Assembly (NCBI GenBank): GCA_016196295.1
Contig: JACPYA010000041.1
Span: forward strand, 1 to 50,737
DNA length: 50,737 nucleotides
Source of the DNA: Candidatus Peregrinibacteria bacterium
GTDB taxonomy: Bacteria; Patescibacteriota; Gracilibacteria; Peribacterales; Peribacteraceae
Direction: 5' to 3'
Shown: piece after piece, positions 1 to 7,563 of the stretch
How the letters are laid out: each line of letters begins with the position of its first letter
How positions within the stretch are numbered: the first letter of the stretch is position 1
Program-made: the position numbers and the translations under genes
The notes under the pieces: generated by a model
Database searches by the model: none
What the model was told of the DNA's origin: nothing
The model's input: only the letters and a program-made list of their open reading frames with translations

Positions 1-18
1 CCAACTGAGCTACGCCCC
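1..18 (-). tRNA. 5' end of a tRNA gene cut by the window edge; isotype cannot be determined
   Basis: The reverse complement of 1-18 reads GGGGCGTAGCTCAGTTGG, which is an acceptor 5' strand plus the D-arm consensus. The rest of the gene lies left of the window. Confidence 0.5.
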
Positions 19-29
19 GATGGTTTGAA

Positions 30-90
30 GGATTATCAGGAGCCAACTGCCTGTCCTCCGTAGCCTTGGCGAAGGAGGAAGCTACGCCCC
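30..90 (-). repeat. tRNA-linked repeat module (R1 family): a copy of the tRNA 5' end, then CCTTCG-hairpin-CTACGG, then a TGATAAT box
   Basis: The reverse complement reads GGGGCGTAGCTTCCTCCTTCGCCAAGGCTACGGAGGACAGGCAGTTGGCTCCTGATAATCC. It starts with the same 11 nt as the adjacent tRNA and is homologous to 196-256 and 5195-5261. Confidence 0.7.
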
Positions 91-139
91 GATGTTGTAA
101 AAATGAAGGAAGGCTCCCGGACGCGCAAGCGCTTTATTT

Positions 140-190
140 GACGGTTCGAATCTGCAGGCATATTCGAAGCCCAACTGAGCTACGTCGATG
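140..190 (-). pseudogene. tRNA-derived fragment that does not fold as a tRNA
   Basis: The reverse complement contains GACGTAGCTCAGTTGGG (a tRNA D-arm) followed by the 7-bp palindromic stem TTCGAAT..ATTCGAA. I could not build an acceptor or T arm. Confidence 0.3.
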
Positions 191-195
191 GCGTT

Positions 196-256
196 GGACA
201 ATGAACAGAAGCTACTGCTGTCCTCAGAAGCCTTGGCGAAGGAGGAAGCTACGCCC
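196..256 (-). repeat. Second copy of the tRNA-linked R1 module
   Basis: The reverse complement reads GGGCGTAGCTTCCTCCTTCGCCAAGGCTTCTGAGGACAGCAGTAGCT..., nearly identical to 30-90 over about 40 nt. Confidence 0.65.
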
Positions 257-301
257 GAACTGGAGAAATGATACAGCATTTTCGCACTTGGCACTTCGCA
301 C

Positions 302-2449
302 TTGGCACTTCATCATGGCCGTATGCGCTACCTCGTCCTCCCCTCGTCGCGCTCATCCGGGATTGGCAACGGGCTGACGTATGAGGCGAACGATGTGAAA
401 GTGGGATCGGCCGTGCGGGTCCCGCTTCGAAACAAACTGGTCGAAGGAATCGTGTTCGATGTTATACAGGAGAGAGCATCGGTGGAGTACGACGTGAAAC
501 AGGTGAAAGAAATTCTCGGAGATGCTCCTCTTCTGACCGATGTGCAGCTTCGGCTCGTTCGATGGGTAGCGGAGGAATACTGCTGTTCTCTTCGGGCCGC
601 GCTGAGTGTCTTTCTTCCGCCTCCTCCATGGTCTGCACTCCTGCCAGCGGACATTACTGGATATGCTCTCAAGGGATCGATCCCCGAACATTTGCGAAGC
701 AAAAAACAGATGCACGTCCTCGAATATTTGCAGGGTAAAGATTGGGTCTCCATCGATAATCTCAAAGGAGGGACGGGAGTGACGAAACCCGTCCTCGATG
801 CACTGTTGAAGCAAGACCTGATTGAAAAATCCCTCCAAAAGGAATCATCGACGGAAACCAAAAACCAAAAACCAAAAACAAATCAACCGATCCTCACGGA
901 AGCCCAAAAAAGCGCATATGAATCAATGAGGGCGGACCCCAGACCATCGCTTCTCTTTGGCATCACGGGAAGCGGAAAAACCGAGGTCTATGCCCAGCTG
1001 ATCGCCGATACGATTGAGGCGGGCAAGCAAGCGATCCTCCTCGTGCCGGAGATCCTCCTCACGGAACACTCCATTCATCGGTTCCGGAATCTGATCGATC
1101 CCGAATACATTGCCATCGTTCACAGCCGCCTGACGCCCTCGCAGCGACGCGAAACGTGGAAGAAGATTCATCGAGGCGAGATTTCCCTCGTCATCGGCTC
1201 CCGGAGCGCACTCTTCAGTCCACTCTCGAAGCTCGGCCTTGTCATCCTCGACGAGGAGCACGAGTGGACGTACAAGAATGAACAGACGCCGCGCTATCAC
1301 GCGCGCGAAACGGCAGACGCACTCTGTCGATTCACGGGCGCGAAGCTCGTGCTCGGGACGGCGACCCCGTCGCTCGAGTCGTGGGCGCGGGCAAAAGCCG
1401 GAAGGTATCATCTCGCGAGACTGCCGGAGCGATATAAGAATCAGCCGCTTCCGGCCGTGCGTGTCATTGATCTCGCAGAGGCGCGCTTCGGGGCGATGTA
1501 TCCCTTCTCTCCCCCACTGCTTACTGCCATCGAGGAGCGTCTGAAGAAAGGAGAGCAGTCCGTACTGTTTTTGAATCATCGCGGGACTGCAACATCGCTC
1601 CTCTGCCTGCAGTGCCGGCGGCGGATCGTCTCGCCCGAGTCGCAACTGCCATTCACTGTTCACGAAGGACGAGACGGAAAGCCGTTTTTGCTCGATCACA
1701 TCTCCGGCGTCAGCGCTCCGGTGCCAAGCGAATGCCCGTCCTGTCACTCGACAAATCTCCTCGCGGTCGGTGCAGGGACACAGAAGGTGGAAGCATTGCT
1801 GAGAAAACAATTCCCGACCGCCCGACTGCTGCGCGCAGACAGCGACACGCTCGAGCATCCCGAGCAGATGCGACTCCTCCTCGAAAAGATGCGCGACGGG
1901 CGCGCGGACATCTTGCTCGGCACACAATCGGTCGTAAAGGGTCTGGACCTTCCCAATGTCACGTTGGCAGCGGTCCTCGTCGCCGACATCGGACTCTCGC
2001 TCCCCCACTTCCGTGCCGGCGAACGCATCTTCCAGCTCCTCACGCAGCTCACAGGAAGGAGTGGGCGTGCGAAGCTGGGGGAGGTGATCATCCAGACCTT
2101 TCGTCCCAACGCTCCCGAAATTTTGGCTGCTGCAAAGCATAAAACGGAGCCCTACCTGGAGCAAGAACTGAAGCTGCGTCTGTATACCGGCTACCCGCCC
2201 GCGACCCGCATGATCCGGCTAATTTTCCGCGGGTCGGACGCGAAACTCCGTGCGGAGAAGCTGCACATCGCCGTTCTGCAGACCATCGCGCGCCAGTCTC
2301 TCACGGCAAAAGCGAGCGTCGCGCCCACACTCTTCGGAGCCGGGAAGGTGTGGCATGTCCTCCTCTCTTGTGAGGAGCCACGGAAGATTATTACACAATT
2401 GGATTTGACTGATGTGGTGATCGATGTGGATCCCATCGAATGTGTGTGA
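302..2449 (+). CDS. priA: Primosomal protein N' (replication restart helicase PriA)
   Basis: 715-aa ORF with the Walker A motif GITGSGKTEVY, DEEH, a Cys-rich insertion (CLQCRR...CPSCHS) and C-terminal helicase motifs. The start is uncertain (TTG at 302 or ATG at 323). Confidence 0.9.
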   Translation: MALHHGRMRYLVLPSSRSSGIGNGLTYEANDVKVGSAVRVPLRNKLVEGIVFDVIQERASVEYDVKQVKEILGDAPLLTDVQLRLVRWVAEEYCCSLRAALSVFLPPPPWSALLPADITGYALKGSIPEHLRSKKQMHVLEYLQGKDWVSIDNLKGGTGVTKPVLDALLKQDLIEKSLQKESSTETKNQKPKTNQPILTEAQKSAYESMRADPRPSLLFGITGSGKTEVYAQLIADTIEAGKQAILLVPEILLTEHSIHRFRNLIDPEYIAIVHSRLTPSQRRETWKKIHRGEISLVIGSRSALFSPLSKLGLVILDEEHEWTYKNEQTPRYHARETADALCRFTGAKLVLGTATPSLESWARAKAGRYHLARLPERYKNQPLPAVRVIDLAEARFGAMYPFSPPLLTAIEERLKKGEQSVLFLNHRGTATSLLCLQCRRRIVSPESQLPFTVHEGRDGKPFLLDHISGVSAPVPSECPSCHSTNLLAVGAGTQKVEALLRKQFPTARLLRADSDTLEHPEQMRLLLEKMRDGRADILLGTQSVVKGLDLPNVTLAAVLVADIGLSLPHFRAGERIFQLLTQLTGRSGRAKLGEVIIQTFRPNAPEILAAAKHKTEPYLEQELKLRLYTGYPPATRMIRLIFRGSDAKLRAEKLHIAVLQTIARQSLTAKASVAPTLFGAGKVWHVLLSCEEPRKIITQLDLTDVVIDVDPIECV

Positions 2450-2551
2450 AAAAAACGTACTACGGAACGGCTAAACGGATCGGCTGTAAAGAGAACTCGG
2501 TTTGGTGAGGGCGTCTCCGTACTATCCTACGGAAAATCCCCCTCCAACCCT

Positions 2552-3148
2552 ATGCAACTGCAGAAATATTTGGCGGAATTGCTCGGCACCTTCGCCCTCA
2601 CGCTCGCCGTATGGCTGTCGATCGGCTTCTCCATGCCGCTCAGCACCCCGCTCATCGCCGCGATCACGCTGGGCCTCTTTGTCTACACGGTCGGCCACGT
2701 GAGCGGAGCACACCTGAACCCCGCCATCACCTGCGCGCTCATCAGCATCAATAAGATCAAGCCGCAGGACGGAGCGCTCTACATCGTCGCGCAGTTTTTG
2801 GGAGCCATGCTCGCGATGATCGTCGGCCGGATGCTGACGGGCGAGACGGTGCAAGTCGGCGCAAGTAACTCCCTTGCCGTCGGAACAGCAGAGGCGCTCG
2901 GAGCCCTCTTCTTCGCCTTCGGCGTTGCATCCGTTGCCTACAAGAAAGTCCAGATGCCGGCATCTGGCATCGTCGTAGGCGGCTCCCTCCTCCTCGGTAT
3001 CTACGTCGCGCTCAGCCTCAGCAATGGCGTCTTGAACCCGGCCGTCGCGCTCGGCATCGGATCGCTGAACCCCATGTACATCCTCGGTCCCGTCATCGGG
3101 GCCGTCGCCGGTATGTGGGCGTTCCGGTTCCTCTCCGACGAAAAATGA
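2552..3148 (+). CDS. MIP/aquaporin-family channel
   Basis: 198 aa, hydrophobic, with two NPA boxes (HLNPAIT and VLNPAVA) in the expected half-repeat arrangement. Confidence 0.85.
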   Translation: MQLQKYLAELLGTFALTLAVWLSIGFSMPLSTPLIAAITLGLFVYTVGHVSGAHLNPAITCALISINKIKPQDGALYIVAQFLGAMLAMIVGRMLTGETVQVGASNSLAVGTAEALGALFFAFGVASVAYKKVQMPASGIVVGGSLLLGIYVALSLSNGVLNPAVALGIGSLNPMYILGPVIGAVAGMWAFRFLSDEK

Positions 3149-3189
3149 TCGCAGCCATGGAAGGTTGCTTTCCTTCATCATCTTGTTTG

Positions 3190-3669
3190 TTATAAACGAG
3201 AGCGCCCTTCCATGGGCGCGACTCTGATGTGGTAGAGGGCGATCCCCGCCGCGACCGCCACGTTCAATGATTCTTTCTTTCCGAGCATCGGGATTTTTAT
3301 GACCGCATCGCAGACAGAAAGGATATCCTCTGGCACGCCAGAGAGCTCGTGCCCCACGATGAGGCAGATCTTTTGTGGAGGATCGTAATCCTGTAGCTCG
3401 ATCGCATCGGGCGTGAGCTCCAGTGCGACGATTCTCCATCCTTGCTTCTTGAGAGCCTTCAATGTGTGCATGTGGTCCTCGGATTTCTCCCACTGAATGG
3501 TTTCCTCCGCGCCGAGAGCGGTCTTCGTGATTTCTTTGCGTGGCGGCGTTCCCGTGTACCTCGCGAGATAAATCTTCTCGACCGCGCAGGCATCGGCCGT
3601 CCTAAAAAATGACCCGACATTCCAGAGCGAGCGGACATTGTGGGCCATCAATCGGATGCGTCGATCCAT
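3190..3669 (-). CDS. SpoU/TrmH-family RNA 2'-O-methyltransferase
   Basis: 159 aa with the motifs NVGSFFRTADA, LIVGHELSGVP and ESLNVAVAAGIALY, typical of the SPOUT SpoU class. Confidence 0.8.
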   Translation of the reverse strand: MDRRIRLMAHNVRSLWNVGSFFRTADACAVEKIYLARYTGTPPRKEITKTALGAEETIQWEKSEDHMHTLKALKKQGWRIVALELTPDAIELQDYDPPQKICLIVGHELSGVPEDILSVCDAVIKIPMLGKKESLNVAVAAGIALYHIRVAPMEGRSRL

Positions 3670-4923
3670 CTAGAGGTCACTCATGCGTTCGAGCGTGCTC
3701 GCATGGGGATTTGCGAAGACTTCCAGGAGTGCGGACTTTTTGAGATCTTTCTCCGTGACATTGCGGCACGTGTAACAGATGCCCGTCTCGCTCCCCTTTC
3801 CGAATGCAGGCGCTCCGGTATCGGGGATGTCGCGTCGAAGCAGGCTGATGCCGGAAAAGAGTTCCTGCACCTGATCCTCTGTCAGCGGTTCTATTTTCTT
3901 TGCTTCGTTATTCCAGCGGTGCAGTGTTCCCTTCAGACGGACGTATGCGCGCTCCTTGTTGGGATTGAAGTGCCCTAGTTGCTTCAGAACCGACTCGTGG
4001 GACCCGGAGCCAAGCGTGATGTACTTCCACTGCTTCAGCGAGAGCTTGGGGGCAATACGATGTGCCGCTTGTTCCACGGTATGCTCCTCGTTGTTTGTGA
4101 TGATCGTATCGATGAAGATTTCGACGTCCTTCGCCTCTCTCCCCGGGACTTCCCATTTCCACTCGTACGTACTTCCCGGACTTGATGGTTTTTTACCCTT
4201 TTCGATCCAACGTTTCAGCGCGGCGAAATAAGGGGCCCCGTTTGGCGTGCGCTCCGGGTGCGGCATGAGTGCCACGACATTCCCCGCAGGATTGCAGATA
4301 CCGGCAATCGCAAACATCGATCCATTGGGCGTGACGATCGGATCGGTGGAAACATTCCCGTTCTCATCACAGTATTCGAATGCAATCTGCTTATTTTTTT
4401 TGAGTTCCTTGATGAGGTCCGGATCGCGCGTCGTGAAGCGCCCTTCCCCATGCGCGATCGGAAGGTGCATCACGCCATTCCAATCGGACGTTGCGCATCG
4501 ACTGCGATCACTGGGCTTGATCCAGACCCATTCATTCAGAAATCCAACACCGGTCCATGTGCCATTCTCTTCGATCGCGTTTCTCGCCAAGCTCATGTGA
4601 AGTCCGCGATCCAGCGGGATCAAGCCGCTCTCGACGAGGGTCTGCGCACCGTTGCAGTTCCCGATGATCGTCTTCCCCTTAGCGGCTTCGTCGCTTAAAA
4701 ACTTCATCAGCGGATCGCGCGCGGCGACCATGCCCGAACGTCCGCGATCTTCGTAACTGAATCCTCCGGGGATGAAGTATCCATCGATGTCTTTCAACTT
4801 TGCGTGATCGTCATTCCACCGGAAATACACCGCCTCCATTCCCGCGTTCTTGATCGCTCGCAGAGATTCCACCTCACAGTTGTTCCCGGGGAAGGAAACG
4901 ACGGCGACGCGAGAGGCTTTCAT
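3670..4923 (-). CDS. purQ: Phosphoribosylformylglycinamidine synthase glutaminase subunit PurQ with a C-terminal extension of about 150 aa
   Basis: The N-terminal roughly 260 aa carry FPGNNCE, GGFSYED, GNCNGAQ and HGEGRF (a class-I amidotransferase of the PurQ type). I did not recognise the C-terminal extension with confidence; it may be PurS-like. Confidence 0.8.
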   Translation of the reverse strand: MKASRVAVVSFPGNNCEVESLRAIKNAGMEAVYFRWNDDHAKLKDIDGYFIPGGFSYEDRGRSGMVAARDPLMKFLSDEAAKGKTIIGNCNGAQTLVESGLIPLDRGLHMSLARNAIEENGTWTGVGFLNEWVWIKPSDRSRCATSDWNGVMHLPIAHGEGRFTTRDPDLIKELKKNKQIAFEYCDENGNVSTDPIVTPNGSMFAIAGICNPAGNVVALMPHPERTPNGAPYFAALKRWIEKGKKPSSPGSTYEWKWEVPGREAKDVEIFIDTIITNNEEHTVEQAAHRIAPKLSLKQWKYITLGSGSHESVLKQLGHFNPNKERAYVRLKGTLHRWNNEAKKIEPLTEDQVQELFSGISLLRRDIPDTGAPAFGKGSETGICYTCRNVTEKDLKKSALLEVFANPHASTLERMSDL

Positions 4924-5194
4924 GACGGAATGTTACCAGACGTCCTATGATTTTTCATTCCTTTCTTTTTCGCGAGCTGCTCGCACTTCGAGCAAGATTT
5001 GATCGTATATTCAACTATGATATTCATAGACGGATCTGGTGATGGGACTACCTTCGCCTTTTTCATCATGGCCTGCGTGTGCGATGCGCGCCTCGCTAAG
5101 TTTCAACCAGGCGATTTGATCAAGCTCTTTCAGATCAATGGAATAAGCATATCCATCTACTCATTTGATTCGCAATCCTTCATACTATTTATAG

Positions 5195-5261
5195 GCCCCC
5201 GTAGCTTCCGCCTTCGTCCCGCTCTTGCGGGACTACGGACGGACAGGAGTGGCTATAATCC
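5195..5261 (+). repeat. R1 module upstream of tRNA-Arg, containing a TATAAT box
   Basis: GCCCCCGTAGCT (identical to tRNA-Arg positions 1-12) is followed by TCCGCCTTCGTCCCGCTCTTGCGGGACTACGGACGGACAGGAGTGGCTATAATCC. TATAAT lies about 30 nt upstream of the tRNA start. Confidence 0.7.
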
Positions 5262-5291
5262 TCTTCGATCGAACGATCTTTAGATTTCCGT

Positions 5292-5367
5292 GCCCCCGTA
5301 GCTCAGTGGATAGAGCAGTGGGTTTCTAACCCATTGGCCGTAGGTTCGATTCCTGCCGGGGGTACCA
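5292..5367 (+). tRNA. tRNA-Arg (anticodon TCT) with encoded CCA
   Basis: Hand-folded cloverleaf of 76 nt: acceptor GCCCCCG/CGGGGGT, D arm GCTC-AGTGGATA-GAGC, anticodon loop TTTCTAA, T arm GTAGG-TTCGATT-CCTGC, then A-CCA. Confidence 0.9.
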
Positions 5368-5374
5368 TTGTATT

Positions 5375-5605
5375 ATGCAGCGCATCGGAGTCTATATATT
5401 AGAAGGCAGAAGATTCTATGTTGGCAGCACGACAGATCTTGATCGCAGGCTTCTACAACACGAGAAAGGTCATACACATACTACAAAAAGAATCGGAAAA
5501 TGGGTTTTGAAGAAATTTTTCCCATGTGCTTCGGTCTCAGAAGCCAGAACTCTGGAGGCGCAGATCAAAAAATCAAAGAACATATCTAGATGGCTTACCG
5601 AATAG
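5375..5605 (+). CDS. Small GIY-YIG nuclease-family protein (UPF0213/YhbQ-like)
   Basis: 76 aa: GVYILEGRRFYVGSTTDLDRRLLQHEKG matches the GIY...YVG...R...H core. It begins 7 nt after the tRNA-Arg CCA, and its stop codon lies inside the downstream tRNA fragment. Confidence 0.8.
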   Translation: MQRIGVYILEGRRFYVGSTTDLDRRLLQHEKGHTHTTKRIGKWVLKKFFPCASVSEARTLEAQIKKSKNISRWLTE

Positions 5606-5662
5606 AGCAGCCCCGCATTTCTGCGGGGTTGGCCGTAGGTTCGATTCCTACCGGGGGTACCA
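5602..5662 (+). pseudogene. Duplicated 3' portion (D loop to CCA) of a tRNA-Arg(TCT)-like gene
   Basis: ATAGAGCA-GCCCCGCATTTCTGCGGGGT-TGGCC-GTAGGTTCGATTCCTAC-CGGGGGTACCA. The T arm and acceptor match tRNA-Arg at 5292-5367. The anticodon arm has diverged into a non-canonical 6- or 8-nt loop, and no 5' acceptor or D-arm partner lies directly upstream. Confidence 0.75.
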
Positions 5663-5732
5663 AATATTATCAACAATGACTGAATTGTCTTACCATACAC
5701 ATGTGGTGATTTTCTGGTATACTCCATCCGAT

Positions 5733-6275
5733 ATGAGTACCGATCAGAACTCGGCACCCGCCTCCTCGGGCGCTCCTGTTTCTCCGAGCGCACCGGCGAA
5801 GCCGGTACTCTCTCCGGAGCGAGACATCGAGGAGAACAAAGACCTCGCGGCCTTCAGTTACCTCTGGATCATGTCGGTGATCGTGTATTTCCTCAAAAAA
5901 GATTCGCCGTTCGTGCGTTTCCATAGCAAACAGGCGATGGTGCTCTTCGCGCTCACGATCCCCGTCTGGCTGATCCCCATTGCGCTCATCGGGCGGCTCC
6001 TGGAACTTCTGATCCTCGCGGGGATGATCATCGGCTTTCTCGGTGCCGCGCAGGGGCAGTGGAAGGACGTGCCGTTCATCGGACCGTTCTCGCGCGGGGA
6101 AACGACGCTCCGACAGTCGTGGCAGCAGCTCGTGGCGCGCAGCACGGGACTGTCAAAAGTGTTGAAGAGCATGTTTCGCAGGACGAAGAAGTATGTAGAT
6201 GCTGATGTCACGAAGAGTAAGAAAAATCAGGATACGAACTCTCCACCCCCCTCTGCTCCCCCCTCCTCTCTGTGA
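5733..6275 (+). CDS. DUF4870-type small membrane protein
   Basis: The ATG at 5733 gives 180 aa. The motif AAFSYLWIMSVIVYFLKKDSPFVRFHSKQAMVLF and the TM helices fit this family. The longer ORF from 5526 overlaps the tRNA fragment and is unlikely. Confidence 0.65.
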   Translation: MSTDQNSAPASSGAPVSPSAPAKPVLSPERDIEENKDLAAFSYLWIMSVIVYFLKKDSPFVRFHSKQAMVLFALTIPVWLIPIALIGRLLELLILAGMIIGFLGAAQGQWKDVPFIGPFSRGETTLRQSWQQLVARSTGLSKVLKSMFRRTKKYVDADVTKSKKNQDTNSPPPSAPPSSL

Positions 6276-6395
6276 CCTACAAGCGCATCATCCGCCTGCG
6301 CGGTAAGCAACATCAGAGGTGTCGAAAAAATAATATGGCATTGATCGCCGATACCGCTTCGGCGAGAGTAAAGCCGCCATTTTTCTTATACTCTC

Positions 6396-7103
6396 ATGAA
6401 CTATAAACGCATTATGTTGAAGCTCTCCGGCGAAGTCTTCTCCGGTGACGAAGAGTACGGCATTCATCGGGCGGCATTCCTCGATACCGCGAAGCAGATT
6501 CAAGACGTCTACAAAACCGGCGTGCAGGTCGTGATCGTCGTCGGAGGCGGCAACATCTGGCGCTATCGCGACACCAAGGAAAATGGAATCGAAAGGACTG
6601 TCAGCGATGCGATGGGCATGCTCGCAACCGTCATGAACAGCGTCGCCCTGCAGGCCGCGCTCGAGTCCCTGGGCCTTGAAACACGCGTCCTTTCCGCCAT
6701 CGATATTCCACAGCTCGCAGAACCCTTCATCAAACGCCGAGCCCAGAGGCACCTGCAGAAGAACCGTATCGTCATCTGCGCTGGTGGGACGGGAAACCCG
6801 TACTTCACGACCGACAGTGCCGCCGCGCTCCGTGCGCTGGAACTCTCGTGCGATGTGCTCCTCAAAGCAACGAACGTCGATGGCGTCTATGACAAGGACC
6901 CGAACAAGCACAAGGATGCCGTCAAATACGACGAGCTCACGTTCCAGCAGGCGCTCGACAAGCACCTCGACATCATGGATCAAGCGGCCTTCAGCCTCTG
7001 TCAGGACCAGTCGCTCCCCATCGTCGTGTTCAATTTTATGAAAAAAGGATCGCTGCTCAAGGCCGCCAAAGGCGAGAAGATCGGAACATTTGTCCGCGCA
7101 TAG
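6396..7103 (+). CDS. pyrH: UMP kinase
   Basis: 235 aa with KRIMLKLSGE, VVGGGNIWR and GTGNPYFTTDSAAALRA, the classical PyrH motifs. Confidence 0.95.
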   Translation: MNYKRIMLKLSGEVFSGDEEYGIHRAAFLDTAKQIQDVYKTGVQVVIVVGGGNIWRYRDTKENGIERTVSDAMGMLATVMNSVALQAALESLGLETRVLSAIDIPQLAEPFIKRRAQRHLQKNRIVICAGGTGNPYFTTDSAAALRALELSCDVLLKATNVDGVYDKDPNKHKDAVKYDELTFQQALDKHLDIMDQAAFSLCQDQSLPIVVFNFMKKGSLLKAAKGEKIGTFVRA

Positions 7104-7560
7104 AGTGAGTAGTGAGTAGTGAGTAGTTTGTAGTGAGTAGGAAACTTCTATACAGTGAACCGCTATGCCCATTCAGAGCTATCGGGATCTTATTGTGTGG
7201 CAAAAGTCCATGGATCTTGTGACCCTCGTCTACAAACTGACCAAGGACTTTCCAAAAGATGAGTTGTACGGGCTAACGTCGCAAATGAGACGGAGTGCTG
7301 CATCCATTCCTTCCAATATTTCAGAAGGAAGCAGAAGATCTACACGCAAGGAGTTCAGAAGATTCCTCTGTATCGCTTATTCGTCAGGAGCTGAGCTGGA
7401 AACTCAATTAGAAATCGCTATTCGCCTCGAATATGGTAATCTGGTGTTCATTCAGGAAGCTCAAAATCTCCTTACAGAAATTATGAAGATGCTTAATAAA
7501 ATGACTTATTCACTCAAGCCAGCAGTCTCTGTTAACTACTCACTACCAACTACCCACTGA
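7103..7560 (+). mobile_element. IVS-like hairpin element carrying a four-helix-bundle gene, inserted between pyrH and frr
   Basis: The 5' arm at 7103-7141 is (GTGAGTA)n-like (AGTGAGTAGTGAGTAGTGAGTAGTTTGTAGTGAGTAGG). The 3' arm at 7536-7558 (CTACTCACTACCAACTACCCACT) is its imperfect complement. The ORF lies in the loop. Confidence 0.7.
7165..7560 (+). CDS. Four-helix-bundle protein (23S rRNA intervening-sequence protein family)
   Basis: 131 aa: YRDLIVWQKSMDLV...FPKDELYGLTSQMRRSAASIPSNISEGSRRST-KEF..FL.IAYSSGAELETQL is the family signature. Confidence 0.9.
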   Translation: MPIQSYRDLIVWQKSMDLVTLVYKLTKDFPKDELYGLTSQMRRSAASIPSNISEGSRRSTRKEFRRFLCIAYSSGAELETQLEIAIRLEYGNLVFIQEAQNLLTEIMKMLNKMTYSLKPAVSVNYSLPTTH

Positions 7561-7563
7561 TCC

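Noticed and set aside
923-2164. Long antisense ORFs opposite clear genes, for example 923-2164(-), 11233-12660(-), 24722-25897(-), 31755-33404(+), 33450-34436(+), 36612-37826(+), 38275-39552(+), 44688-46250(+), 46289-47605(+), 48301-49623(+) and 48947-50122(-)
   Set aside because: Each lies entirely opposite a gene with strong family signatures. Their translations are Arg/Gly/Ala/Pro-rich low-complexity strings typical of shadow ORFs in GC-rich DNA, and none shows a recognisable motif.
3203-3220. Hairpin GCGCCC-TTCCAT-GGGCGC as a terminator between the convergent MIP and SpoU genes
   Set aside because: It lies inside the last codons of the SpoU ORF and has no flanking T or A run, so it cannot be supported as a terminator.
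4999-5283. 94-aa ORF in the AT-richer spacer between purQ and tRNA-Arg, and a start-less 48-codon frame on the opposite strand
   Set aside because: Neither has family resemblance. The plus-strand ORF runs through the R1 repeat module, and the minus-strand frame lacks a start codon.
7165-7560. Diversity-generating retroelement, because the four-helix-bundle proteins belong, to my knowledge, to the same family as the DGR accessory protein Avd
   Set aside because: No ORF with a reverse-transcriptase motif occurs anywhere in the window, and I found no template/variable repeat pair with adenine-specific mismatches near any of the four copies.
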